Source of the DNA: Lama guanicoe
Taxonomy: Eukaryota
NCBI GenBank assembly: GCA_013239625.1
Contig: MU053385.1
Location: 94,958 to 158,957 of the forward strand
Reading direction: 5' to 3'
Length of the DNA stretch: 64,000 nt
Shown: piece by piece, positions 11,834 through 24,800 of the stretch
How the letters are laid out: the number at the start of each line of letters is the position of its first letter
Numbering within the stretch: position 1 is the first letter of the stretch
The notes under the pieces: generated by a model
What the model was told of the DNA's origin: nothing
Database searches by the model: none
What the model saw: the letters and a program-made list of their open reading frames with translations, nothing else
Program-made: the position numbers and the translations under genes

Positions 11834-12469
11834 GTAGGTCTCCCACTGGGCACCCCTCCAAGAGGTGACTCCAACTCAGGCTTCCACCCCAGGCTTCACC
11901 CTGACATTTCTGGGGCCCCTCCCCTCCCCCTCCAATCCCCCCACCCTGACCTCTGATTCCCACCCCTCAGTCTCCTCCCCAGCACTGACCACTAGGGTTG
12001 CCTCCCGACACCCCCTCCCGCCTGCCTCACCCCCAGGCCACTGTCCTCCAGCCATCATCTCCACCTGGGACCATGTCCCCTGCCTTCAGGGGTCCGGGGC
12101 CCAGGGCAAGGGCTTCCCATGGACGAGAGGGCCATTTAGGGTGGGCCCCATGATGACTTTCGAGGGGAACCCAGGAGGTACAAGAGGCCACTTGATCCCC
12201 ACCTCTCCAGCCCTCCTGAGCTCACCCCTTGCCCCACCCAGTCTGCCAGGGGCTTGTCCTGGATCCATGCCAGGCCTACCCCGGAGGCCTTGGAGTAGGC
12301 TGGTCCAGCTGAGGGGGCAAGCCCCACCATGCCTGGGCCTCCCCCCATCTTTGACCCTAGGCCCCCCACTCCCCGCACTGCTCCAACCCCTCCTCGTCCT
12401 GCTCTCTCAGACTCCCAGGCTCTTCCCTGCACATACCAGGTCCTGTGCCCCGAGCCAGTGCGGGAGGGC

Positions 12470-13750
12470 CCTCTGAGTCAGCCCCCGGGGGCAGTCCTGC
12501 CTGCCCCTGCTGAGCTGAGCCCTGACTCAGTGTTGGGAACGGTTTCCCACCCCCACACCCTGGGGGGCAGGAGCACAGGAGGGGCTCCAGAGAGGACCAA
12601 GCCAGTCCTTTGGAGGCCTCTGCAGAGGGGGGCGGCAGGGGGTAGTTTCTGGGGTCTACAGGAGGAGATCTGGAAGGTCATGAGCCTGGGGGTGAGCCTC
12701 ACACTTCCGGGGTCTCTCGGGGGCACCAAGGACCTGGACAAGGGCCCCCAGAGCCCCCTTCCACCCTAAAGCTCCACTCAATTCCTTTACCTTCAAGCCT
12801 GTCCACTACCACTGACTTGAAGCCACATCACCCCTGCCCCCACCTGCCCCACCTGCCCCCCCGGTCTAGGCCACATTCCAGCCTCACGGTTGGGCTGCCT
12901 GGTCCGTGGAGTTACCTGGAACCCCCAGCTCCTCAGGGAGGGGGAGGCCCACCCTCAGATTTCCAGAGGGGGCAGCCATAGTCTCCCCAGGGGCCTCTCT
13001 AGGCCCTTTCCTAACACTCAGGACAGCGGTCAGTGGACTTGCTATGGCCTTTACGTGCTGCGAACAAAGGGCCTGGACCCCTCTGCCCTGTCTCCTGGGT
13101 CTGGCGAAAGGAGGGGAACATGCAGGGCCTGTTCTTCCGCCCAAATTCCAGCAGGCAGCGGCCCCTCCCTCCCACCTGGCCCAGGTGTCCCCGCCCCTAG
13201 CTGAGCTCAGGGCTGGGCGGGCGTCTGTCTCTAGGCCAGCCCTGGGCGAGGCCAGCGGGGAGGGGACTTCAGGGACAGGGCCGCACGGAAGAGACGGCGG
13301 AGACAGCCCGGGCTGGAGGCGGCTGCCGGGCCCAGGCCAGGTCGACCCAGCCCCGTGTGCCAGCCGCCATGCAGGACGGTAACTTCCTGCTGTCGGCCCT
13401 GCAGCCCGAGGCCGGCGTGTGCTCCCTGGCACTGCCCTCCGACCTGCAGCTGGACCGCCGGGGCGCAGAAGGGCCAGAGGCTGAGCGGTTGCGGGTGGCC
13501 CGGGTCCAGGAGCAGGTCCGCGCTCGCCTCCTGCAGCTGGGCCAGCAGCCATGGCCCAATGGGGCCGCCGAGCCTGAGGGGGCCGCCGAGGCAGCCAGAG
13601 GAGGTAGGCGGATACGGGCAGGGTGGGCAGCAGGCGGTGGCGGCCAGAGTGGCCCCCGTGGGTGTGGTGGTGCAAGGGCCAGAGGCCGTGGTGCAGCCGA
13701 CTCTGGGCTCAGCTCCCTGACTCACCGAGGCCATGCCTTGAGTCACCGCC
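12470..13750 (+). promoter_or_regulatory. PKP3a promoter and first-exon region with paired E-boxes and AP-1 sites
   Basis: CACCTG at 12841, 12850 and 13173; CAGGTG at 13182; TGA(G/C)TCA at 12474, 12523, 13718 and 13739; GC boxes near 13190-13222. Confidence 0.55.
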
Positions 13751-16700
13751 CCGCCCCAGCGGGCGTGGGAGAAGCCATAGGTGGGGCCTCCCACCTCCCA
13801 GGGGGGTCCCCGGGGTCCTCCCTGCAAGTCTGGTCCGGCCTCACCTGCCCCTTGGCCCTGAGTCCCGGCCCCCAGTTGGGGGACAACCGGCGGCGCAGCA
13901 CATGGCGTGCCAGCCAGGCCCATCTCTGCCAATAAACGCGGAACACACACACGTCCAGGCCCACATGACACGGGCTCACACACAGCCTCAGAGACACGCA
14001 GACACACGTCAGTCCCACAAAGACACAAACACACCGAGACACGGACACCCAGGCTATAGTGTTCCTCCACCCTCACCCCGCCCCCAGCCCCCACGGGAAT
14101 GAGCAGACAGAAAGATGAGGGGTGGGGTCTGGGGCTCCTGGCCCAGAGCCACCCGCCTGTCTGGGCCAGGGTCTCCCCAGGGAATTGCAGTGGAGGGACG
14201 TGCTGGAGTGACCCACATACTCTCCGTGACAGCAGCGGCTGGGGGACTGCCCCTCGTGCCAGGCAGCCCCCCATGTAGGAATCCCAATCCCCCGGTGCAT
14301 GCATGTGTGTGATGAATGTGTGAGTACGTGTGAGTGTGTGTGCGTGCATGAGTGTTGAAGGATCCCACGGATGCAGCGAGTTCAGGGCACTGGCTCTAGA
14401 AGAGCCATTTCCTCCCTTCCAGGCTGCAGCAGCAGGGATCAAGGTTAGGTGGTAAGATGAACCTTCCAGGATGTCAGAGGCCAAGACTTCATGTCTAAGT
14501 TGTTCACAAGATGATTGGAGGGCCCCCGCAGTCCTGGCCTCCAGCCTCTGGTCAGAGGAAGGAGGGTCAGCCAGGGTCGTCAGGGCAGCCTGGATTCCTG
14601 GGTACCCCCCTCCCTAGGTTTCAGCCTTGCTCATGGCCAACTTGGGTGCCCAGGGGTCATGGGGTAGAGGAGGGAGCAGGGAGGGGTTAATTACCACCCT
14701 GGCTACCCTGCCAATTAGGGAAAAGAGGATTATAATTTGGTGGTGGGGGTAAGGTCCCCAGGCACGGGGCGTGCCCCCCCAGGCTCAGCCTCGCTAGCGT
14801 CAAAGGGTTAATAGCCCCTGCCCAGAAGCCTCATTAACCAGGGCGGGTCTGGGGAGTCCCCCTAGACCAACGTGGGGCAGAGGTTGGGGGAGGGGCCAAG
14901 GCCCCTCTTCCCTTCACCCCCACCTTGAGTCCCATCAGCCAGGTCACTGTCCCCTGGCCTTTGGGGAGAGGGGACTCTTCCCCCTCCAGGTGTGGCCCCA
15001 GCAGGACTCTGGCAGAGGCTAACCACCCCCAGGAACTCCCTCCAGGTTTAAAGACCCAACTCCGGGCATCGCCCAGGCGATGCCACCCCAGCCTGCTGCC
15101 ACTGCTCTACCTTGGTTTGACCCTTGCCCAGCTCTTCCAGTGCGCCTGACCAACCACAGCCCACCCACCCGTCCATTCTGCATCTGGCACGTACTCGTTC
15201 AGTTGTCCCTTCACCAGCTCGCCATCCTCCCAGCTTAGTTATCCCTTCACCTAGCAGTCTGTTCATCCACCCACCCATCCTTCCAATGGTCCAACTCGCC
15301 CTCCCCCATCTCTCCACCCTCCACCCACCCACTCGTCCGTCCACTCACCAGGTAGTCAGGCTGGCGCCAGAGCCCTCAGTCTGTGTGTGGCTGGGGGCGG
15401 GTGTGGCTCTGCCAGGTGGGTCAAGGGACTGCCCCTCAGGGCACCAGTCCAGGGAGACTTGTGTCCTTGGTGAGTGTGGCAACACTCTGGGGTGACCACA
15501 GCACCGGACGGGCTCACAGGAGGTCAGGGTGGCTTCCTGGGGGAGGCATCCAGGCACTGTACCCTGGCAGGGTTGAGAGCTAATGTAGGAGTCCCTGGCA
15601 CATTCCTCAGGCAGCCTCAGAGAGGGAGCAAGCACGGCTGGCAGGGTACAATGAGGCAATGGCAGAGACACTGGCACCTGGCCCTGGAGTCCACCCAGCC
15701 TCCCTGCCAGGCCTCAGGGTCAGAGAGGAGTCAGGAGGCCAGCACTTGGCCATCAGCCCAGCCAGGCTCCGCTGTCCCTGTCCACAGGTGGGTCCCGGGC
15801 CGGGTACCACACCCTGCAGGCTGGCTTCAGCTCCCGCTCCCAGGGCCTGAGTGGGGACACCACCTCGGTGAGTGACACCCTTTTCAGCCCAAAGGGTCAC
15901 GTGAGGGGGGGTTCTGGGGTAGGCTGAGGGCTTCAGGGTCAGGAGGAGGGGACTGGCGCCAGGAGAGCTGCCGCACCCCTCACTGTCCATCCCCACCCCC
16001 CGCAGACCTTCCGGCCCATCGCCAAACCTACCTACAGCCCTGCTTCCTGGTCCTCCCGTTCGGCCGTGGACCTGAGCTCCAGTCGGAGGCTGAGCTCTGC
16101 CCACAACGGGGGCATTGCCTTTGGGGCTGCCGGGTACGGGGCTGCCCAGCCTGTTGCACCCATGCCCACCCGGCCCGTGTCCTTCCATGAGCGTGGCAGG
16201 GTGGGGAGCCGGGTGGATTATGACACCTTGTCCCTGCGCTCCCTGAGGCTGGGGGCCGGGGGCCCGGATGACCGCTACAGTGTGATGTCCGAGCACCTGG
16301 AGCCGTCCGCTGCCTCCGCGTATAGGTCCTTTGCCTACGAACGCCATGCCAGCTCCAGCTCTGGCCAGGCTGGGGGCCTGGACTGGCCGGAGCCCACCGA
16401 GGGACCACCCAGCCGGACCATCCGTGCCCCCGCCATGCGAACCCTGCAGCGATTCCAGAGCAGCCACCGCAGCCGTGTGGGGCCTGCGGGGCCGCCGGGG
16501 GCCGTCCTGGAGCCTGTGACCCGGGCGCCATCCGTGCGCAGCCTCAGCCTCAGCCTGGCTGACTCGGGCCACCTGCCGGACATGCGTGCGCTGGACAGCT
16601 ACGGTAGCCACCGCACACTGCAGAGGCTCAGCAGCGGGTGAGCTGGGCCTGGCTCCGGGAGGGGCTTCTGCCGTGACCCTAGTCCGTCCCCGGGTCAGCC

Positions 16701-19700
16701 TGACACCTGCCGCCTGTCTCTGCAGCTTTGATGACATTGACCTACCCTCAGCAGTCAAGTACCTCATGGCTTCAGACCCCAACCTGCAGGTGCTGGGAGC
16801 GGCCTACATCCAACACAAGTGCTACAGTGATGCGACGGCCAAGAAGCAGGTGACCACCCTGCTGCCCGTGGCCCCCGGCCTGGGGACACCCTGCATTGGC
16901 CCCCCTTCGCTCACTGCCCTCCAGTCCCTGACCACCCCTTGCTGATCCCCAAGCTGACTGGGCAGACCTGGTCCTGCTCAGAGCCTCCTCAACGGAGGAC
17001 GGGCAGGAGGGAGTGACTTGTGTACGTCTGCACACACCTGCACACACCTGAACGCATCCCCACACACCTGCTTACATCCGCACGTCTGCACGTGCCTGCG
17101 TGCACTGGGGTAACGTGCACACATCAGTGTACAAGCGCTATACAAGTGCACATGTTCACAGCATCCGTACACGCCTACATGTACTGGCGCACGTCTACAC
17201 ACCTGCGTCACTTACATAAGCCTGCACGCACATACACACATCCACCTGCATACACCCATGCGCGCCCACCCCTGCACGCGTGCTGACACCTGCATGCCTG
17301 TGCCTGCAGGCCCGCAGCCTTCAGGCCGTGCCCAGGCTGGTGAAGCTCTTCAACCACGCCAACCAGGAGGTGCAGCGCCACGCCACGGGCGCCATGCGCA
17401 ACCTCGTGTATGACAGCGCGGACAACAAGCTGGCCCTGGTGGAGGAGAACGGCATCTTCGAGCTGCTGCGCACGCTGCGCGAGCAGGACGATGAGCTGCG
17501 CAAGAACGTCACAGGTGGCCCTGGGCCCCACCGCTCGGCCACCCCACCCCGCCCCGCCTGCCTCTTCCCTGGGTCCCCACCGCTGTTTCTGGGGCTTGTC
17601 TCTTTGGAGCCAACCTTGCACCCCAGACTCCAGGCCCCGTGTCCCCAAGTGTCCTCTCTGCTCTGTTGCAGCCCCGTGACCCTGCAGGTCACACTCAGGC
17701 TCTCCCCATCGAGGCTCTTGGGTGAGGCTGGAAGTGCCAGGCGGGGCCCAGGGAGAGAGAGGTCAGGAGCCTCCTCCCCACCATCCCTGGAAGAGCCAGA
17801 GGGGCTGGTGGGCTGCCCCTGACCACAGACTTGGCCCCCTGCCGCAGGGATCCTGTGGAACTTGTCCTCCAGTGACCACCTGAAGGACCGCCTGGCCCGA
17901 GACACGTTGGAGCAGCTCACAGACCTGGTGCTGAGCCCCCTCTCGGGGGCTGGGGGACCCCCCCTCATCCAGCAGAACGCCTCGGAGGCCGAGATCTTCT
18001 ACAATGCCACGGGCTTCCTCAGGTGCGCTGGGCGGGGTGGGGGAGGCCCGAGAAAGGGCCTTTGGGTCTGAGGTCTGAATGACATGGCGGAGGTGGCCGC
18101 GGGCTGGGAGATGTGGACAGACAAGCGAGGCAGAGTGCTGATGCAGGAGGGGATCGGGCCATCAGGTGTGTCCCCCAGTCAGACGTCAACAGACTCTGGG
18201 TTCACAGGCTCAGGTTTCCTTACATCAGGGACTTGGTCTGACATTTATAACCTCTCTCCGCCCCCAGGCACTTTGAGGAGTGGGTTGGGGATGGGCAGGC
18301 AGAGGGGTCAGGGCCTCCGTGTCCCCCCCATCCCAGGACTAGGAGCAGGAGGTGCCGGGGGCAGGGCCCAGCTCAGGGGAAGGAGAGGGTTGGTGCTCAG
18401 GATATCAGCCCTTGGTTTTGGGCCCCTGTGGCTGTTTGGGGGGGTCCCTGTGGGAGGTTAGCTCTGCCTGGGGTCCCTGTGGCAGTCTCTGATCTGCCTC
18501 CACCCACAGGAACCTCAGCTCAGCCTCCCAGGCCACTCGTCAAAAGATGCGTGAGTGCCACGGGCTGGTGGACGCCCTGGTCACCTATATCAACCATGCC
18601 CTGGACGTGGGCAAGTGTGAGGACAAGGTGAGGGTCGGCCAGTGCCTGGGGGCCTGAGGGGCTCCAGCCTGCTCTAACCGCTGCCCGCCCTCTGCAGAGC
18701 GTGGAGAATGCCGTGTGCGTGCTGAGGAACCTGTCCTACCGCCTGTATGACGAGATGCCGCCATCTGCCCTGCAGCGGCTGGAGGGCCGGGGCCGCCGGG
18801 ACGTGGCGGGGGCGCCGCCCGGCGAGGTGGTGGGCTGCTTCACTCCGCAGAGCCGGCGGCTCCGAGAGGTGGGAGTGGGCCTGGGTTGGTGGGAGCAGAG
18901 GTGCTGGCCTGCCCGCAGCTGACCCTCTGCCCTCTTCTCCCAGCTGCCCCTCATGGCTGACGCGCTCACCTTTGCCGAGGTGTCTAAGGACCCCAAGGGC
19001 CTTGAGTGGCTGTGGAGCCCCCAGATCGTGGGGCTGTACAACCGGCTGCTGCAGCGTTGCGAGCTAAACCGGCACACCACTGAGGCGGCCGCTGGGGCAC
19101 TGCAGAACATCACCGCGGGCGACCGCAGGGTGAGGGCCCCTGCGGACACCCGGCAGGTGTCCTGGGCACCACAGGGCTGTGCCTGGCCTGACCCACACCT
19201 GCCCACGTGTCGGGGACACGAGGGGTGAACAGGAGATGGGAGCCCACTCTCCGGGAGTTTACAGTCTGTAAGGGGAGCCAGAACTTCAGAGTGAGAGAGG
19301 AAAGGAGGCAGGAGGCAGTGGAGGGTGCCGACCTCCGGGCAGAGCAGGTGGGACTAGAAGGCAGGGGATTCTGAGGGGTAGCAAGAAGCATGAGGTCAGC
19401 ATCCCAGACAGGCCCAGGGGCCTGTGAGGATTCAAGGTCTGCGCTGGGCTTAAGGGAGGTGCCAGGGAGGTTGGGGCCTTGAGGGCCGGCACCTGTGCTC
19501 ACCAGCCCCTTTCTTACCTGCAGTGGGCAGGCGTGCTGAGCCGGCTGGCTCTGGAGCAGGAGCGCATCCTGAATCCGCTGCTGGACCGAGTTCGGACCGC
19601 TGACCACCACCAGCTGCGCTCACTGACTGGCCTCATCCGAAACCTGTCTCGGAACGCCAGGAACAAGGATGAGATGTGTGAGTCTGGCTGTCCCGGAGCC

Positions 19701-20452
19701 AGGGTTTTGCCTCCCCTGCCTGGCTGGGCTCAACCCTGGACTTTGCTGCTGCCCATTGGGCAGCTTCTGGGAAGCCAGAGCCAGTGGACAGACAGGCATG
19801 GAAGGTGCCGAGGTGGCTGGGGGGGCGGTAGAGCCTGACCTTCCCACCTCCTGGCAGCCACCAAGGTGGTGAGTCACCTGATCGAGAAGCTGCCTGGCAG
19901 CGTGGGTGAGAAGTGCCCTCCGGCTGACGTGCTGGTGAACATCATAGCCGTGCTCAACAACCTGGTGGTGGCCAGTCCAGTCGCCGCCCGGGACCTGCTT
20001 TACTTCGATGGACTCCGCAAGCTGGTCTTCCTCAAGAAGATGCGGGACAGGTCAGGGTCCAACCTCACACCCGGCCCAGGGTGCCCCAGCCCACCCCATC
20101 TCTGGCCCTGCCCCTTGCCCTGCTGACCCCTGCCCCCTGCCCCCAGCCCCGACAGTGAGAAGTCCTCGAGGGCGGCCTCCAGCCTCCTGGCCAACTTGTG
20201 GCAGTACAGCAAGCTCCACCGAGACTTCCGGGCGGTATGTCCACAGTCCAGGGTGGGCAGGCCCCAAGCGCAGGGTGGGGGCTGGGGACGGCGGGGAGGG
20301 ACGCGGAAGTCCGTGTGGCACAGGAGACCGGGGAGACCAGGGTTCTGCTTCCAGCACACTGGGGCGGACGAGTGCAGGGCAGCACGTCCTGACCCTGGGT
20401 TCCCTCTCCACTGCAGAAGGGCTACCGAAAGGAGGACTTCCTGGGCCCATAG
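13369..20452 (+). CDS. PKP3: Plakophilin-3 (desmosomal armadillo-repeat protein), complete, 13 exons, 798 aa
   Basis: Exons 13369-13603, 15788-15867, 16006-16637, 16726-16849, 17310-17514, 17848-18022, 18510-18627, 18698-18868, 18944-19129, 19524-19677, 19858-20050, 20147-20234, 20417-20452. Total 2397 nt, GT-AG. MQDGNFLLSALQPEAGVCSLALPSD...KGYRKEDFLGP-TAG. Confidence 0.98.
17020..17305. repeat. Degenerate CA-rich tandem repeat (gcacacacctg-like) in PKP3 intron 4
   Basis: Repeated tgcacacacctg / cacacctgc / gtacac units up to the exon 5 acceptor. Confidence 0.75.
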
Positions 20453-20770
20453 GCAAGGCCTTCCTTGGAGAAGGAGGACGGAACGTGACCCGGCCTCCGA
20501 GGAACGGGCTCAGCTCAGGGCTGCTCGCCAGCCAGCTTGAGAAGGTTGATGATGGCCCAGGGGCCTCTCAACGGAGCCCCATTCATGTGCGACTTGAAGG
20601 CATGGGCCATGGGGGAGGGGACAGGGGCTTGTGGCTAGGGACTTGGCTTCTGCAGGGCAGGGAGTGGGGCAGGGCTTGAGGCTGATCTGATGCGTGGGGT
20701 CGTGGCCAGGTGACTGGCAGAGGTGGGGCTGGCTGTGGCCCAGGAGGGCCTTGGGACAACCAGCGCTGGG

Positions 20771-20776
20771 AATAAA
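20771..20776 (+). terminator. PKP3 poly(A) signal AATAAA
   Basis: First AATAAA, about 320 nt after the stop codon. Confidence 0.8.
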
Positions 20777-21655
20777 GGTGGCCGTGAACACAGCAGCCAC
20801 AGCCCTGCGTGCTTCTTGGGCTGGCCAGACCTGGGGGTTGGATCCAAGGATTCAGCAGTGTCCTCCAGCACAACCATGCCCACCCCTGAGGACACCCGCC
20901 CTGAGCCCACACACAGGCGTCTCCGTGTCAGGAGACCCAGGACAGGGAGGAGGGCGTGTCCAGCAGTGGGAGGCCAAAGAGTGGAGGAGACGGGGCAGCA
21001 GCAGGGGCAGCCTCAGCCCAAGTGAAGCACTGGTGCAGCAGAGCCGGGGACCTCGCGAGCAGAGCAATGACCGCTCCTGGGACAACTGGAATTGCTGCTG
21101 GCTTTGGTGCTGCCCTGCTGGGCTGGGCTCATGTGGCACATGCACCCAACACCTCTCTGCCCCGCCTCACTGGGCCTGGGGGTGCCCCGACAGGACTCAT
21201 GCTGTCTGTCTGAGGCTTGGGGTCCTAGGTGCTGGGGCCCCTCCCCATCTCACCAAGTTAGGCCATTTGGTTGTGAACCTCCCACTGATATTTTTACAAC
21301 CAAAGGCTTCTTCTGCAAAGTTTAGAATCTGAAGTCTCTAGGGGCCTGCCCCCCCCCCAGGGTCTGTCTGGATCGGAGTGAGACTGGAGACATCACTCCA
21401 CCAAGCAGGGAAACCTGAGGAAGCCACTGCAAAAGACGTGTCTGGCTGGGTCAGGGTAGAGGAGGACGGGGAGAGAGTGGGTTTGTGTGGCTGGCCAGAT
21501 TTGGTGACCGAGTGGCCATGTGGTGAGAAGAGGGAGGGGTCCAGGGCCCTGGAGGGCCTGAGACAGAAATGAGGGGTGCTCTGCCCAAGACACTGGATGC
21601 CCGCTTCCTGCCCCAGGAGAGGAGAGACCAAGACCCGGGTAAGATTCAAAAGGAC

Positions 21656-21661
21656 TTTATT
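21656..21661 (-). terminator. SIGIRR poly(A) signal AATAAA
   Basis: tttatt on + strand about 145 nt after the SIGIRR stop codon. Confidence 0.8.
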
Positions 21662-21805
21662 TGTGGCACAAGACTGGAGCTACTCCCCTTCCCCGAGGTC
21701 CCAGGGCCACAGGCAGATGGGGCTCGTGGTCCTGCTGAACTAGGGGAAAAAGCCACCCTGCCCTGCCCCTAGCTGTCCCTGGTGGTCCTGCTGCTCCAGC
21801 CCGGA

Positions 21806-24800
21806 CTACACGTCTTCCTCTGACACCAGACAGTAGAAGTCCGTGCGGGCACTGTAGTTTCGGGAGCCGAGATCCGAGATATCCACCTCACTGCCGCGGC
21901 CTTCTCCAAGTGAGACCCCACTTGCGTGCGGTGGAGCTGATGGCTCCCCAAAGACAGGCCCTCGTACACCTATGGAGGGGGTACCGCCAGGCCTGAGGCT
22001 GTGCTGCTCACAGCCTGCCTCCTGCCAGTCACTCCCTGCTGCCCCTCCTGCATGGTAGCATTTGAGGTTCCAGAAGTTCCCAGGCAGGCCCTGGGCTCAA
22101 CCTCCTCCATGGAAAGAGGCAGCCAGAGGTGCTCGGCTGCAGGGGGCAGTCCCCACCTCATGGACACCTTTCCCAGCTCCTCCACCTTATGCAGTCCTCC
22201 TCCAAACAAGGCTGAGCTTCCCAGGGTCAGGGGTGGGCATACCCAGGTCCCCCTCAGGGTCAGGGTCCAGCTCTGGGTCCAGGCTCCGACCTTCCGGGAC
22301 CCGGCTTCCCACAATCAGCATGGGGTCTTTGTCATCCTGCAGCCGGGTCTGGGGGTCTCCCTCCATCGCTCTGTACTGCACCTTCCGCGGCAGTGCCAGC
22401 TGTAGCTCTTTCCAAAAATTGGAGGAAGGCATCTGGCGGCCAGGGTGGGGCAATCAGCGTGTATAAACACATGGGGGTTCCCAACGCTGGAAGCCCCTGG
22501 CCTCCTTAGCCCCAGGGTACACCTCGCAGCGCGCATTCACCTGGCTCCAGGGACCTTCAAGCAGGGTCCCTCCTCTGGGCACCTGGCCACAGAACCCCCG
22601 CCCATGGGGTCCCATCCACAACCCCCCTCCCCGCCTCTCCGCACCACCGAGCCGGGCCTCCAGAGCAGCAGGGTCACCAGATGGCGGTGCTGGCGCAGCA
22701 GGCGAAGTGCGGGGTGCGCCGGGTCTCGCCGCTGGCCCTCGAAGGTGATGAAGATGGGTTTACGCGTGAGCTCCAGCAGCCGGCACAGGCCCTCCCTGCG
22801 GGGGAGGGACGTCAGGGGGGGCGCGGCTGGGGCCCACCCAACCCCCGCGCGGGACCCACCGGAAGCTGTGGCTGCACCAGGCCCGGCCCAGGAAGGCGTC
22901 CGACAGCACCACGACGAGGCGCCGGCAGCGGCTCAGGTTCACCAGGAGGTCGGCGGACGGCTCTGCGGGAACAGGAGCGTAGGCAAGCGCTGGGCGGGGC
23001 CCTAGACGGGGCGAGGCCCGGGCCTGGGATGGGGGCGGGGCGCCTCGGTACCCGCGCGCGGCAGGAGGTCGCGATCATCCAGGAAGAGCTTGTAACCCCG
23101 TCGCCGCTCCAGCTGCGGCTTCAGGATGAAGTTCACGAACTTCCGGTCCTCGGGGCTGTCGCTGTAGGAGACGTAGGCGTCGTAGAGCTTCCCATCTGCG
23201 GGCGGCGGTGGGTCAGCGCGGCCGCTTTCCAGGCCTGGGCCCGCCACCCTCGGGGTCCCCTAATCCTCTCCCAGTGTGCCGCAAGGGCCAGGTCTGCGCC
23301 CCAGACGCAGATCCAGCAGATTCCCCGGCCCCAGTCGTGCCTAGACCCCTCCCTCACACGGGATTCCAAGTGGAGCCCAGGAACTGGGATACCGTGTCCC
23401 CCTTCCGCCAGCCCTGTGCCTTCCTGGGCTGCATCGAGACACCCGTTTCCCGGACTCCGTGCTCGCCAGAGCCCTCCAGTGATGGACGCCCCCTTGACCC
23501 CACCTCCAGAGCTGCTCACGTTTGTTGGGGGCAACACCCCCCAACCCAGACCTGAGCCCAGGGAGGCCCCGTGGCTGACTCCTCATCCCCGTCCATCCGG
23601 GACCCACGCACCGTTCATCTCCACCTCCCCGTACGTGTCTTGGTACCAGAGCAATACATTGAGTCGACACTTCACATACAGCAGCGCTGTCAGGAGCAGG
23701 ACCAGCAGGACTAGGAGTGAAGCCAGCACCGCAGCCACATGTCCAGCTGGGCCTGGGGACAGAGCTACAGCCTGAGCCTCTGACCACCCCAGCTCCCTCC
23801 AAGCCTAAAGGCTTCCCAGGCCTCCCTCCTACCCTCTACCCCAGTGAACCCCCCTCACCAGCTCTCCAAAGAGTAAAGGAGGAGGAGCTGACGTTCTGGA
23901 TGGAGCAGGTGAAGGTCCCAAAGTCCTCCGCACTGGTCAGGTTGACCCCCAGGACACTGGACACAAGCACCTCTGACAAGTTGGCCTTGACCCTGGGGAA
24001 ACCAGGCCCCACCCCCTCACCTGGGGCCCGAGAGCATCACTGGATGCCCCTTAGCCCCATCTGTCTGGGACTCATCCAAAGAGGCTGCAAATTTGGGCCT
24101 CCTAGGCAGTCCTTGGGCCATAAGCTAAGAGAAATGGCCAGAATCAAGGGGGTGTGGATCTGTTTGGAGACAGTTACCGTAATCCTGCATATGGGTCCTG
24201 GGGGTCCTCTGACCCCTGCTGGCACTCATGGCCCTGAGTGGACCACAAGGTGTCTAAGGGGCCATCTATCCCTGCAGTCACTGATGGTTAGTCTGCATCC
24301 AGAGTGGCAGTCTGCTCGTGTCACATCTGGGCAGTCACTCCCCAGCCCGTATCCAGGTAGTTGTAGACCAGGGTGTAGGTCAGAGAGGCCACAGGCCATG
24401 GGTGTATCCAGCGTGGTTACCTGACCCTGGACACCCTCCTCTCTTACCAGGAGTCCTCGTGGAGGGCATGGTGTCTTCCACTGCCCAGCAGCAGCCCATC
24501 TTTCAGCCACTGGACTGAGGGCAGGGGGCAGTGGGGCCCAGAGACCACCGAGGCGGTGCAGTTCAGAGTGACCACACTGCCTAGGGCAGACCCCAGCGCC
24601 TGGTGTCCAGATGGGGAGAGGAAGTCAGGGGCCCTGTTGCAGACTCCTGCAGAGAGAGGAACCTGTGCATTAGCCATGCTTGCAGTGCCAGGCTCCCATG
24701 GTCCACAGATGGTCTGTGGGCCGGGAAAAAACCAAGCTGGCTAGTGGCACGTGTTGCATGGTGGCCACACCATGTCCATCCACGAGTCCCGTGGGGGACA

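Noticed and set aside
13231..14484. 417-aa - strand ORF
   Set aside because: Antisense to PKP3 exon 1 and intron 1; runs through CA/GT low-complexity DNA; no domain
15607..16782. 391-aa - strand ORF
   Set aside because: Antisense shadow of PKP3 exon 3
22681..23775. 364-aa + strand ORF
   Set aside because: Antisense to SIGIRR TIR exons in stop-poor GC-rich DNA
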